A DNA stretch of 63,521 nt, filler included, from Octopus bimaculoides (taxonomy: Eukaryota): assembly GCF_001194135.2 (NCBI RefSeq). It is 5 parts of 5 records of this genome, joined end to end, with 100 filler letters (N's around TTAATTAATTAA, not from the genome) between each part and the next. Parts side by side here need not be neighbours in the genome. Positions count along the whole stretch, not along the records: positions 48,048 to 61,634 come from NC_069001.1; positions 61,735 to 63,521 come from NW_026429441.1; 3 more parts are not named here. One strand, given 5' to 3'. The first letter of the stretch is position 1. Every line of letters begins with the position of its first letter. A model generated the notes under the pieces. It worked only from the letters and a program-made list of their open reading frames with translations, had not been told where the DNA came from and did no database searches. The position numbers were made by a program, and so were the translations under genes. This document shows, one piece after another, positions 49,858-63,521 of this stretch.

Positions 49858-50687
49858 CGTGCGTGCGTGTGTACACCTATGGAGAAGTAAACAAACAGGG
49901 TGTCCATTGCACTACATGGCTATATCAAAGGTTGAACAGAACAAAGAGAAAAAGTTAAACGAAAGCAGAGCAAATGGGAAATTAGATGTAAACTTAATAG
50001 ACAGGAAATTTAGACTAAGACACAATACACAGAATATTCGCAGCTGAGTTTTCCTTGTCAGTCAATGACCCAAAATATAGTGGTTTCGCGCCATTACCAT
50101 TGAGACCACTCAATCTTGGAGGCACCAGTGCTGTTATTAAGCTACTGGGAAAAAGCTAGCTCCTTTGTTCTCTTTCTCTCTCTCTGTCTCCCATTCTTTC
50201 CCTCTCTCAATACTTCCTCTTCCCTACCACGTGACTAGTGTCTGGCAAAGCAGTGTTGTTCTTTTCTGCCCTGCCTTTGACCAGACTGGTCATGCTGGTC
50301 TGGGCTCCTGTTACGTCCTCTAGGACTTGCTCTATTTCATTTTTGCGCAACCTACTAACTTCATTCGATAGCTGCAAAGTTCTTTCCGTTGTATTTGTGG
50401 TATATATATATAATTATTATTTTTTTCTTCTGTAAGGTTTTGTGCTGTTATATATTCATAATTCTTTGTCTGTTGTATTTATATAAAGTCTTGTTTGTTT
50501 CTGTCTTAGTATACATTCTAGCTTTTTCCAAGTAGCTTAATAACAGCACTGACACCTCATCTAACTTTAACTTTTCCCCCTTGTTGTATTCCTTCTGTTC
50601 AATTCTTGATGTGTGTGAGTGTGTATGAGAGAGAAGGGGAGAATTTGTTTTGCAAGATTCCTGATGTGAAATTGTGCGTTGAAACAG

Positions 50688-50921
50688 ATATTATTATATT
50701 TCAGGATGGTCATTTTTTTTCTTGCCAAATAAACACACACACTATATATCCATTCTTCACTCATTTATTATTATTTATCTTACGTCCATTGTCTGGAAAT
50801 CTTTCATTACACACCTGTGTATGACGAAAGATTTCCAGACAATGGATATAAGATAAATAAAAATATATATGTGTGTTTATTTGGCAAGAAAAAAAATGCC
50901 CATCCTGAAATATAACGATAT
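50688..50921. repeat. Fold-back (palindromic) repeat
   Basis: Outer arms 50695-50738 / 50871-50914 and inner arms 50771-50805 / 50826-50860, with one or two mismatches each. Confidence 0.85.
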
Positions 50922-50944
50922 ATATGTATATATGCATTCAGGAC

Positions 50945-51071
50945 ATAGTATTAGATTTTGCCTTTCACCCTTTAGATGTCAATAAAATAAGTACCAGTTA
51001 AGCACTGAGGTCGATGTAATTGACTTACCCATCCTCCCCAAATTGCTGGCCATTTACCAAAATTTGAAACC

Positions 51072-51110
<39 letters not shown>

Positions 51111-51142
51111 ACACAAACAATAACTGTGTGTGTGTGAGAGAG

Positions 51143-51224
<82 letters not shown>

Positions 51225-53060
51225 TATGTCTGTGCATGTATGTATATTTTACATATGACATATAGATGGATATATATACAAATGTAGCTGTTTAACTGAC
51301 TACTGTGATATAAGTTGATTATTTAATATTAGTGTGTGTCCGTACTTGATTATTATCATTTCATCTAATTTTCCATGGAAGTATTTATATACAGTTTATT
51401 TAAACACATATATATACAGACAAACTGCATCACACCATACTTTTAATAGCAACTTCTACATATATTAGTGTGCCTATGTATGTCAGTGTGTGTGTGTGTG
51501 TGTGTGTGTGGTAGTTATGTGCATATGTATGTTAGCGTATGTATGTGTGTGTGTTTATTCTCCATTTTGATTGAAATTTTTTCCCAAATTAAAGTAATTA
51601 CTCAAAGCAAATAAAAATAAATAGTCAGAGCAATAATATATAAATGCCACCACCTATTAACCGACATTTCTGTTTAACACACTATTACAACAACAACACA
51701 TGATGATGTGATATCTGTCTCTTTACTGTTGCTACCACCACTCCATAGATTAGACAATGAGAGTTACAACCTCATTTTGTGCAATGAGTTGTTAATAAAA
51801 ATAGGCAAACATCATTACTTATAGTAATATGGGAGGTGGACAAACAGAATTAGTAATGCTGTGGTATTTAGGCACATTGCCTTATATTCAGAGTTCAAAT
51901 CCTTTTGCGATCATCTTTACCTTTCATCCTTTCAGGTCAATAAAATAGGTGCTAATTAAGTACTGATGTTGATCTAATCAACTGTACCCTGCCCCCAAAA
52001 TTTGAGGGTTCATGCCTATGTTGTAAATCAATAATTATTGTTATTACTAATTAATTTTGATATGAAAGGTAGAAATACTAAGTGTTGGACTGAATATATT
52101 AGTGTTTTGTGTTATTCTGGCTACAAATCCCATTGTAGTCAACATTGCTTTTCATCCCTTTGAAGTCAATAAAATAAATTTGACATCTACATCCCCAACC
52201 ATTGATCCAAACTACTATAACATCACACTCACACATGACCGGACTTATGCCAATGTACAAAAAAAGCAAAAAATTACATTATTATCTAAGTCATATATTT
52301 TATCCATCCCAATTCTATTAATGTGATATCATAAATGAAATTGCCTTCACCAGCCCAGTGTACATACTCTTACAGACAGTCTTTTCTCTGACAAAAAGCA
52401 AGTTATTACTTTTTTTTTTTTTTGTTAATTCTTTTAGACTTATCCCTTTGGGCTTCAGGAGTCTAGACACAGATCCTAGAAATTGGAAAGGAAGAGTTGC
52501 TGCTGAATTATGACTCACATAATTTAGATTAAGAGTGGAAGGAGGAAGAAGGAAAGTAATCCTTGCTACTCTAACTCCCCACCTACAAAAAAAAAGCTAA
52601 AACCAAAATGTTCACTAGTCCTCTTTCCAAAATCGCATCATCATATCATTATTACTATTACTATTATTATCATTATTAAGACGGAAGCGAGCTGGCAGAA
52701 TTGTTACTGCACCGGTAAAATGCTTAGCAGCATTTCGTCCAACTTTATGTTCTGCATTCAAATTCCGCCAGGGTCGATTTTGCCTTTCATCCGTCTGCAG
52801 TCAATAAAATAAAGTACCAGTCTTGTACTGGGGTCAGTTTCATAGACTAATACCTTCCTCTTAGATTTCTGGTTTTATGCTTATGTAAGAAATTGTGGAG
52901 AGCTAGCAGAATTGTTAGACCATCAGAAAAGACACTTTGCAGTATTTGTCCTAGTTCTTTTGAGTTCTGATCCTACTGAGGTCAACTTTGCCTTTCATCT
53001 TTTCAGCACCAAAAAAAGTAAATTCCCAACCACGTATTGAAGTTGATCATAACTAACTAC
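50945..53060 (+). mobile_element. About five SINE family A copies (50945-51075, 51860-52030, 52085-52210, 52680-52890, 52900-53060)
   Basis: Recurrent GAGTTCAAAT / TTTCATCC / GTCAATAAAATAAGTACC blocks. Confidence 0.7.
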
Positions 53061-54299
53061 TTTCCTGTAGACCTCATCTTCTAAGATGAAAATATTGTTT
53101 AAATATTTCTATTGCTATCTTAACAATTGTTTTCATCCTTTACACTCAGATATCTTGATTTCTTAATGTGTATGCATCATACCAGGATCTGTAGCATCTA
53201 CAACCAGTAGATAAGAATATTGTTACCCATAGTTTAAAAAAGAAAAGCTCCTAATTCAAATCAAAATTTAGTATACGTGAATTTTTTTCTTTTAATTGTA
53301 ATCAATTCTAAAGAGGAGGTGAATCAATGATCTGAAAACTTCTCTCATTAACAGAGTTCAACAACCTAATTGCTTTAGCTACTGTTGCATTCATTAGTCT
53401 GATTTATTATATTTAATTATGAGAAAATCAACAACCTCAGCAAATGGAGGGTAATATTATTAGTCAGCTGAGCTTTAAAACACTGTAATAGACATGTCTC
53501 CAAGGAAACATCTATGCCAATGGTTCTCAACCAGGGTCCATTTGGCCCTTGGCGGTCAATATCAGATTTTGTTGTTAAAATTTATTTGCAATAAGCTGGT
53601 TTAAACTTTTACAATACACAAAATATTTAGACATAAATGTTAATGAGAGATTTTAGGTATCGAATGGTTATTGAAGGTACCCCCCCCCCACACACACACA
53701 CCTAAGTAAAACATGAATCAAAGAGGTCCATGCACAAAAAATAACTGAGAACAACTGATCTGTGCAGTCTCTTGATTTTTTAAAATAGTAGCAATTTCTT
53801 CTCCAAATTACATCTTACCATCTTAAATAAAAAAATAAAAATAAAAAAATAAAAAGACACTGATTAGTATAGTTTATATCCCAAAAGAAAAGGATGTGTG
53901 GCATGGCTGAATGCTTGTTGATCATAGGTCAGTTCAATGAAGGCTAATTTAAGGTAAAAGGAAAAACAATTACAATACTAAGAAAGATTTTCTCTCTCTC
54001 TCTCTCTTTCTCTCTGACACACACACAGAATTGATTGTATTCTAAACAAGGAAAGTGTTTAGTAACACATGTGTGATGAAGGAATGGAGGAGATATTTAA
54101 TTCCCACAAATAACCACAGGAAAGGAGTGGAGGAGGTATTAATTCTCTTATACATCTATTGGTGAAGGGGTGAAGTATTATATACTTCTGTAGATGAGAT
54201 AAAGCCAAAGGCTTGACCATCATCAATGGATCATCTCTTTTGGTAACAGGGTGTCAATACAGACCTGTTAAGGTACCCAATCAGGAGAATAAAGATTTG

Positions 54300-54500
54300 T
54301 GATGTTCAGATCTTTCCCAGGTGAAAAGAAATTGGTCAATGTGCCAGTTTTGCACAGTGGGATTCATTAGCCACCAAAACTTTTGTAGAAGATCTGCAAT
54401 TAGTGCTGGATCTGACCAATATGCTTTCTGAACTTCATAAAAGAAAAACTACTAATTGCTCAAGTCTACAAGGATACGGAATAATAATAATGATGCCAAA
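54300..54500 (+). pseudogene. Possible hAT (ZNF862-like) transposase relic
   Basis: SFAQWDSLATKTFVEDLQLVLDLTNMLSELH weakly resembles the F...L.LM.D.L..LS.LS..LQ helix. By-eye similarity only. Confidence 0.3.
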
Positions 54501-56359
54501 TTTTGCAAGCTGAAGTTTGTGTGGCTCTCCCACGGAAAAGTTTCAATCACATGCTGGAAATGAATCATGAGAGTTTTTGAAACAAGTCACGAGTTTCTGG
54601 AACAAAAGTGGAACCCATCATACCACACCTAATGGTATGAAAATTACTAGTGTGCAAAGCTGTCCTATCGGTCAGTTTCTTTTCCTGTTTGAATATGTTC
54701 GAAGTCAGAATGTATACCGCGATGACAATATTCTCACAACTACTCACAAACTAAATTCTATTTAACGGAAAGCTTTCAGCTCCGGGTCAAAAAACAAGTA
54801 GCATACAAATACATACACGCACGTACGCACACGAACTCATTCATAGCGGCCCCTATTAAGTTTCGCTGTGAAATTGGACCCACGGGGGTCTTTTCGACAG
54901 GTCTATAGGAGGATCGAACACACCAGTTTTATTTATTAACAGTTCGCCGGGATTCACTCGCCGCTTCGCACCAAGCTGCCAGAAACAGTACAGTCCAAAT
55001 CAGAAGGCTCTATGAGAAGGCTATGAGTAACTGTTTTCTTCCTTGGATAAACACAAGTTAACGCACACGCAAACCATGTGGATGTTGTGAAAAGACCATA
55101 CACAGACGTGAAGCCGGTAAAAAAAATAATAAACACTTAACGTGCACATGGGTACAATAAATAAGAAAAAGAATTTAAATATTTATAGAAATTAAACGCA
55201 GAGGTGTACCTGAGTATATAAGAAAAGCCATTATTTAATAGACATCTATCACATTACCGCTATTATCGTAACAGTTTTTTTTATATATATGTAACGTGGA
55301 TTTATAAATATATGCACTAAAAGCATAGCGAAAAGGTGATTCGATAATCAAAATCATTTTTATATTTCGTATTTTAAGTGACTTCTTCTCACTGAAGAAT
55401 ATAATTTATTTGGTAAAGGAAAAAAGAAATAGTAAGAATTTTTTTCTTTTTTTAATTATTTGAATAAAGAAAAAAATACAAATCCGATAAAATAACAAAA
55501 GAAATATTTCAGAGAGCAGACAATGAGTAAGACGGAATAAGGGTGTAAAGTGAACGCGGGAAAGAGAAATGAACGAGAGTGAAAGATCTAGTAGTATGTA
55601 AACACAGAGAGAAAGAGAGGGACAAGCAGACTGAATCAAAGTGGGGAGGGGGGAAGCTGAGAAGGAGGGACAAAGAATTAAACAAGCGAGTGAAGGAAAG
55701 TAAGAGTTGTGAGAGGCAGCAAGCAATGTATGTATATAGATGCAAGAAATGTATATATATATATATGTGTGTGTGTGTGTGAATATAAGATTGTGTGTAT
55801 GTAAAACTATGAAACTGGGTCAGTGTGTCTGGCGCATGCATAATGTACTTGTGGGTTGAAGTCGTGTGTAATTTGTTGCACAAATACTGTCTTCCAATCA
55901 ATACAGAGCTCAGAAGGCCAATAGGAAAACAGGCTATTTGATTTTAAACTATTAATTTGTTCTCTCTCTCTCTTTCTTTCTGTCTATCTTACTCCGTAAA
56001 CCGATCCTTATTTCATTCTTCTCACTCTTTATTAGGTTATGATGCCCCACCCATGTTCCCCACCTACTTCCCACACCTCTTCCTATAAAAACATTCAAAT
56101 TTGACTCACATTCAAGAATATAAATAATAATTTTACTCGAAAATATAAACCTGTATATCTGAATTTTTCTGGAGTCTCATTGTTTTTAACTATTTTATCT
56201 ATTTATTATTATGATTAATATTTTATCATTATTATTATGTGTGTGTGCGAGACAATCTTCTATAGAAAATACATAGCAAAGCCAATAGATTAGGAGACAA
56301 CGTATGTATAAACTGGGCTCACAGTCAGAAATTCGGTATGTGTATATGTGTTTGGGGTT

Positions 56360-56818
56360 AGGGTAACAGTCGATTACTTCGGAACCAGTTCTGGTACTTT
56401 ATTTTATCGATCCTGAAAGAATGAAAGGTAAAGTTGACCGCCACGAGATAGGAACACACAATGTAAGGAACCTGAACAAATTTCACATATTTTCCCCGAC
56501 GTTCTGATTCTGCCACTCCACCGAGTGCGTGAGCTTACATACATTTACCTATATATACACACAGAAACGCGATGCTAAACAAAGTGTGTGTGTGTGCATA
56601 TATAATATACACATCTATAAATATACATATATGAAAATATATATCAATATACATTTATAGATATATATCAATACATGCATTAACATATATGTGTATGTAT
56701 GTATGTATTTTTACATAGATATACATGTATTCATATATGAAAATATACATATATCAACAACATAATCAAACATCATATGAGCACAAATATACATTTATGT
56801 AAATACACACATAAAAAT

Positions 56819-56849
<31 letters not shown>

Positions 56850-56860
56850 CAAAATAGTAT

Positions 56861-56900
<40 letters not shown>

Positions 56901-57830
56901 CAAATACACAAAGATGCCTATATGTGTGTTTGTGCGATATATATGTATATATATATATAATCAAATACATACACACACAGATTTCTGTATATACATATAT
57001 GTGTGTGAGCATGTTTGTATATGTATGTATATGAAATAAAATGCCTCTTCTGTTGTGTTTAACTTTTACCGGCCTCTATTTTAGACTTTTTTCTGTTTAT
57101 ACATCAACATGTAAAAACTTTTTTCTTTTTTTTTTTCGTTTTGTGAACATAAAAACATTGCAAATGAGAGGTGCCAGTTGCTCAGCTACATTTATTTCCA
57201 CATTTTTGTGTAAGCTGTGTTTATTGTATTTTGCCAAATGATTTATTTGAATTATCTTTGTCTATCATTTTTGACGACCACAACTCGATAAAGGTGTAAT
57301 TATTAGTGATCATCAATAGAGCGAGAATTCTATTTAAAAGCACTGGACTTGCAGTATTTACTTACAGAATACTACGTCTGTTCAATCCAGTCATAATCAA
57401 CGTTTCATTTTTTTTTCAGGTTCAATGAAATAAGTTATCAGTCAATGACTGGGGGTTCATGTAATTAAGGACCTGCATCTGTGAAAACTAATGGCTTTTA
57501 GCCTAAATTCAAAAAAAGAAAAACATGATGTAGTTGTTATTAATCTATCAGAAATTTTAGTGACGGCTAAGTCAATTATATCAACCTCACGGGTTGGCTG
57601 GCGCTTTATTTTACCGACCCCAGAAGGATGAAAGGCAGAAGGTAAAAATACTTGCTACAAGGCATCTTGTCTGATGCTCTAACAAATATGCCAATAATAA
57701 TTTAGTGGGGTGGGGTTAGTTGGTTCTATTGAGCCCAGGACTTGACAGGTACTAATTTTATTGACCCCGAAAGGATGAAAGGCATAGGATATGGCTTCAA
57801 ATTTTGGCACAAGCTCAGCAATTTTAAGGG
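56360..57830 (-). mobile_element. SINE family A copies (56360-56520 and 57440-57830)
   Basis: GTACT..TTTTAT(C/T)GA.CC.GAAAG.ATGAAAGG (reverse complement of the family A core). Confidence 0.7.
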
Positions 57831-58299
57831 TGGTGTTCTTAAACCAGTATGTGTACTTGTATGATGGTACTTGCAATGTGGGATTCATTGCGTTTATTAC
57901 ATATGATTTTACAAAGCACATAGGACCACAGAAGTATATTTTCAATATTGGTTGGGCAGTTAACCAATGTGCATATGATGCTGTTTTATGTTGATCCATT
58001 TTTAGTTAGGAACCTCCACAGGGAAGATCTGGAGTGAACCAGTCTTAAACATCGATCCTGCCCCACAAATCACCCAGCAGGTTACATGTAGCAGTTTCAA
58101 AACCCACATTATCCATGGATAAGTGGGTCTTGTAAGGTGGTCTGGTGATGCCTTCGCATATGGTAAAATAGTACTGATAGCTATTCACTTTGGAAATGTG
58201 CAGTGCACATTTTTTTTGTCATCTACTTCATTGTATTTACTGCATATCCTGTGGATCTCATAGACAGGGATGAATTATAATGCACAAACAGCCCCCTAC

Positions 58300-58553
58300 A
58301 TGCTGCTTTTCTGTGTGCATATGTATGTATATATATGTTATATATGTATACATATGCATGTGTATCTACTATATATATATATATATATATATATGCATTT
58401 ATATGTACATATACACACATATATGTACATATATATGTATATGCATATATATATACACATATACACACACATATATATACACATGTGTGTATATATATAT
58501 ATATATATATATTTATATACATATATGTATATACATTCATATATGTATATACA

Positions 58554-58647
<94 letters not shown>

Positions 58648-58800
58648 TGTATATACATATATATATATATACATACATATATATATGTGCATATACATAA
58701 ATGTACATATATACATATGTATATATACATATATGAACGCATATATCCATGTATGTGATTATACATGTATCAGATATTTATATACACACGTGTGTGCATT
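58300..58800. repeat. Long (TA)n/(TG)n/(CA)n compound microsatellite
   Basis: Directly visible. It produces the YI/CV-rich ORFs in all frames. Confidence 0.95.
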
Positions 58801-58859
58801 TCATATTCAGATATAAAGATATGTTAAGAAGGTTGCTTTGCAACAACATGGCTGCAGGT

Positions 58860-59170
58860 TAACTTGAGAAAGTACTTTCTAGTATAGTCCCAGGCAGACC
58901 ACAAAGCCTGTAAGTAAACCTAGTTATGGGAAACTTCACAGCAACTACTTATGTGTGTGTGTGTGTGTGTGTGTGTTTGTACATGTGCTAGTGTTTGCGT
59001 TCGTCTATTCCTACCTGACAACCAGTGTTAGTTTGTTTGTGTCCTCCATAGACAAATGATTTGACACAATGAAGCTGGCAGAATAAGTATCTGACAGTCA
59101 CTTGATAAGTTGTGCGGCCAATATGATCAATATGGTTGATTGCATATTTGAAGGTGCCCCAACTTGGCTG
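58860..59170 (-). mobile_element. Diverged SINE family B copy
   Basis: TAGTATAGTCCCAGGCAGACCACAAAGCC head region, TG tract, and 3' module ending GTGCCCCAAC.TGGCTGCA. Orientation is judged by eye and uncertain. Confidence 0.4.
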
Positions 59171-60378
59171 CACTTACAGAAGAGAAAACACACACACACA
59201 CACAGGTATGTACAATATGTACAAAGAAAAGTAAAATTTTACATAGTATTTATTTCACTAAATAAATAGGAGTCTGTGAGGGAATGGATAATAAATATCA
59301 GGGAATTGAGCGGATGAAAGGGTGATGCTACAGCTAAATGTTTGTGGAGGGGGGGGGTGTAGAGAGAGTGAGCAAAGTAGCAGCCAAGGTGGAGTACTGT
59401 GAATAAAAGAAAAGGGTGGAGAAAGACTGATAGTTTGGAGAACATCAAGATGTGGGAGAGGGGCGTGTAAGGGGATGGGGTGGAAAAGAGAGAGAGAGAG
59501 AGATAGAGAGGGAGAGAGAGGTTGTGTGTATGTGTGATGTTGTTGCTGCTATTTCAGTAGTATCATGGCACATACATGGCATGGAGATGAATGGGGAGGA
59601 GGAGGTTGAAGCAGACATGAGTGAGGTGTGGCAGGGGACATAGACAGACAGACAGACAGTGTGTGTGTGTGTGGTGTGCCAGCCAATAATGTGGGTTAAT
59701 ATATGACACCATAACCAGTCAATGACTCATAGTTATATGTACAATAACAACTGCTATTTCTTTACTATAACATTAAAACAACATCAACAACACAAATACA
59801 AAATAACAAAAACCGGCGTTGAGGTGTCAATGTATATAATATTTATTCAGCATTACATATATATTATGCATATATTTTATATATACTGAACAAACATTAC
59901 ATATCTGTACACACTACAGAAAACTTTTATAAACACATATTTATATGTGTTTATATATAAAACATATTATCTAAATACAATTTTATACATCCATACATAT
60001 ATCTTATACATATATACACTTTTCATTAATAGATATAAGGATATTTTATAAATATAGCATGGAGAGCCTATCAATACTATAAATATATGTATAATATAAA
60101 GGCTATACACAAAATATGTTTATATCAAAAATATACATTATATATATGGATATATAAAATAATATATAATGCATTTATATGAAATATATATGTAATGAAT
60201 GTGTATGTGTGTAAATTTATCGCTTATCAGTAAAGAATGCGTAAACTATGTGGGCACAAATACAAGATATATCTATCTATCTATAATATACATATAAATA
60301 ATGCATAATCTACAAAATAGATATGTAATAAAAATATAATATACATAATATAGGTAATATTTCTTATATACAATGTGC

Positions 60379-60439
<61 letters not shown>

Positions 60440-60483
60440 NNNNNNNNNNATAATATAGGTAATATTTCTTATATACAATGTGC

Positions 60484-60532
<49 letters not shown>

Positions 60533-60594
60533 CACACACACACACACACTCAAGCACATATACATATATGTGCATATACATATATATAGAGAGA

Positions 60595-61634
60595 CAGAGA
60601 ATGGACAAAATAATGGAGACACCATCATAATTTTGAAATATCTATACAACCATCAAAAGCTTGTTTATTTTTATGTTTTTTGATTTATTATTAGTGTTGT
60701 TTAATGTTTTCCTAAAATTGCTGTTTCTATTCAGATATCATCAGAAAAAGGTATTTAAAATTAATTAAAATTATAGATCTATCAGGCTTTGAAAGAGGTC
60801 AAATTGCTTGTGCTCGTATGGCAGGCGCTAGCGTAACAAAAACAGCCAAAATGTTTGGTGTATCAAGAAGCAAAATCTCAAAAGTAATGACAGCCTTTGA
60901 GAAAGAAGGAAAAACTTCCTTATTGAAACAAAACTCCGGAAGAAAACCAAAACTTTCAGACAGGTACCGTTGAACTCTTACATGAATTGTTAGAAATGAT
61001 CACAAAAGTACAGCTTCCGAAATGACTGCAGAGCTTAATGACCACCTCAAGAACCCAGTTTCCACAAAAATTATTTGCCGGGAGCTACACAAAGCCAGAT
61101 TTCATGGGAGGGCTGCAATCAGACAACTACTACTTTCAAAAACAAACATTGCAAAGCATTTGGAGTGGAGTAAAAAAAAACCTACAGAATTGGTCCCTAG
61201 AGCAGTTGAAGAATGTTATTTTCTTGACAAGTCATCCTTTACCTTATTTCTGACAACAGATCAAGTATACGTGTGGAGACAGCCAAAAGAAGCATTTGAC
61301 CCAGACTGCCTTCTTCCAACTGTTAAACATAGAGGAGGATCTGTGATGATCTGCTGGGCTATATCTTGGAAATCCACCGGCCCAATGGTTTCCCTTCATG
61401 GCAGAATTAATAGTCAAGACTATTTGAACATTATATCTGATCAAGTTCATCCTATGGATGCAGAACTGTTTCCGGAGGGAAATGCAATCTTTCACGATGA
61501 TAATGCACCAATTCACACAGCTAAAGTTGTTACTGAATGGCACAAGGCACATTCTAGTGAAGCTGAACATCTTATCTGGCCACCACAGTCCTGAGATCTC
61601 ATTATTATTGAACATTTATGGTGCATTTTAAAAA
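60595..61634 (+). mobile_element. Decayed Tc1 (DD34E-type) transposon, truncated by a gap
   Basis: DLSGFERGQI..ARMAGAS, GRKPKLS, PTVKHRGGSVMICWAIS, IFHDDNAPIHTAK and WPPQS..L.IIEHLW. The left end resembles a Tc1 TIR. Confidence 0.9.
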
Positions 61635-61678
61635 NNNNNNNNNNNNNNNNNNNNNNNNNNNNNNNNNNNNNNNNNNNN

Positions 61679-61690
61679 TTAATTAATTAA
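61679..61690. other. Artificial scaffold linker TTAATTAATTAA
   Basis: Flanked by 44 N on each side. Confidence 0.9.
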
Positions 61691-62819
61691 NNNNNNNNNN
61701 NNNNNNNNNNNNNNNNNNNNNNNNNNNNNNNNNNAGACGAACATGTATGAATCGTTTTCTTTTCACTTTGCTTCAAATAATACTACTATTCGTCCTTACA
61801 GAAATTCCACACTAGCTTTGAAATCTATATGAAGCATTTAGAAATTCTCTTTCAATGTTATCAATGAAAATGGCATTTCCAGAGATTGGTCTAAATCAGT
61901 TTTGGTGAGATGACGGCCACTTTGGAACTCTGTAGGGTCATGCAAGGGACACATCAATGAAAATTAAACCAAAAATAAAGGAATGTACAAAAAATAAGTT
62001 GGCTAACCTTATTTATAATGAATGTTTTATTTCTTCCTGCGCTACATCAATAAGTTAACTCAATGATGCTTTTGAAAAATAAAACGAAATCTATAGTAAC
62101 TTGTTTTTATGCATTAATTCATTCCTTTTGAGGAATGAATTAATGGGTAGCCAAATCATTTTTGTAACATCACCCCCTTATTGTTGGTTTCATTGTCACT
62201 GATATTTCACTCAATATATCTCTGAAAGCTTAATCAATCGAATATAATTTGTTTTTTTAATTGATTTCTGTTAATATTTTTTGATGTATTAAAACTTATT
62301 GTTCATTTTTTTAACAAAATATTTTAAATTGTTTCTGTCATTAATGTTTTCAATGTATTATAATTAGTTGCTATGGTTATTTTCTTGTTATTAAAAGCAA
62401 ATACAAATTTAATTTTATTTTTTAACATACCATTTCCACATGCAAAAATTGTAACTGACGACAGTGATTCAGAACGTGTCACGGTTGGTGGTGCTGTTCT
62501 GCAACTTTATCTTTCAAGTTGTCTATGCCACCAATGTTTAGCTACCTCTATTGAACAGCTGCTGTGATTTCATCGGAGACCTAATATCATAATTTCCTGA
62601 CCGTAAATAGGTAGATGTAAAAAAAAAGGTGCAAAATAGCCGGGACAATAAGATAAATAAATAAACTCAACGATCGTCAGCAGCAGCTACGCAATTTAAT
62701 TGCAATCCAAAACACTCTCTTTCCGCACAAAATGCCTTGGACACTTACATTTGCAAACAGCTTTTCAATTAAGAAAAATGAAAGTATTTTGTACTCAGGT
62801 TATATTCTCACAAAGAATA

Positions 62820-63150
62820 TACAATATGCCCCGGAAAATTCAACTGTCCGGAGGAGATTAGAAGGGAAAAATTTCCGAAGACAATGTTGAAATAAATGCT
62901 GCTGTATTGGCAAAGACACAGATTACTGAAATTTTGTTTTGCTTCGAAAAAGGAAAACTTAGAAACTAATTACAAAAAATCAGTATCAGCTGTCCCTTTT
63001 TAGCAACCAGTTACATTACTAAGTACATCTTCAGAAAATAGGGGCCACGTATCAACCGAAATTACTGAAGATGAAGAATTACCAGATCGTACTGACGTGA
63101 ATAATGAAGCCCCATTAAGGGATCTAGGCCCAGCCATGTGGTTTTATGCC
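62820..63150 (+). pseudogene. Possible hAT transposase N-terminal relic
   Basis: MPRKIQLSGG... and NEAPLRDLGPAMW resemble MS/PRK.LSG and D.DPA.W openings of hAT ORFs. Broken by stops. Confidence 0.25.
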
Positions 63151-63521
63151 AGTAAAATTATGTACCCATGTTCTTTCAGTCAAAATCAGTTATATGGGAA
63201 AAGAAACATGCCCCTAATTCCTACGCAGAATCTCGACTCCATTATTAGTCAGGTGAAGGAAAACCGGGTGCAAATATCATTATTTTAATAATTCAATTCT
63301 TTTATACCATTGATGTTATTGCTGAGGAATAGTTGAGAAAGTAGCCCTTGTGCCACCCATCAAAGTATGACGTTTATTACATTTACAGTACGTTGATGTT
63401 AAGCCGATGAGACAGGTTTTCCAACGATCGGGAAAAAGTAAAGGAGAAAACGAAAACACGTGAACAAAGTCAAGGCCCTAAACATACTGCGTCGAAAACA
63501 ATCATTAGCGTAGGTGTCTTC

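Noticed and set aside
58223-58816. 121-178 aa YI/CV-rich ORFs in several frames
   Set aside because: They are translations of a dinucleotide microsatellite.
60340-60545. Direct repeat of about 90 bp
   Set aside because: Near-identical copies flank a 10-N gap, which is typical of uncollapsed contig overlap.

Overview
This is AT-rich eukaryotic DNA, saturated with microsatellites and broken by N gaps. The repeat families and composition point to a coleoid cephalopod, most likely Octopus (inferred, not searched). I cannot identify any host protein-coding gene, rRNA, tRNA or CRISPR array. The window is a nested collection of decayed transposons: two Gypsy LTR elements, an RTE LINE with a PHD finger inside its RT, many R4/Dong-like LINE fragments all on the minus strand, Penelope-like element (PLE) fragments of two lineages, Tc1/mariner and hAT relics, a 597-bp MITE with perfect TIRs and an 8-bp TSD, and about 25 SINE copies. 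The signals most worth following up are four loci with minimal hammerhead-ribozyme (HHR) cores in PLE-like context (two share a non-canonical CUUGAUGA core), several long near-perfect inverted repeats, a highly structured GC-rich element at 20-325, a hAT element carrying an inverted copy of its own flank, and one strong-looking minus-strand exon upstream of a PLE RT. Four N44-TTAATTAATTAA-N44 spacers are artificial scaffold joins, so adjacency across them is uncertain. All translations and folds were done by eye, and coordinates of decayed elements are approximate.
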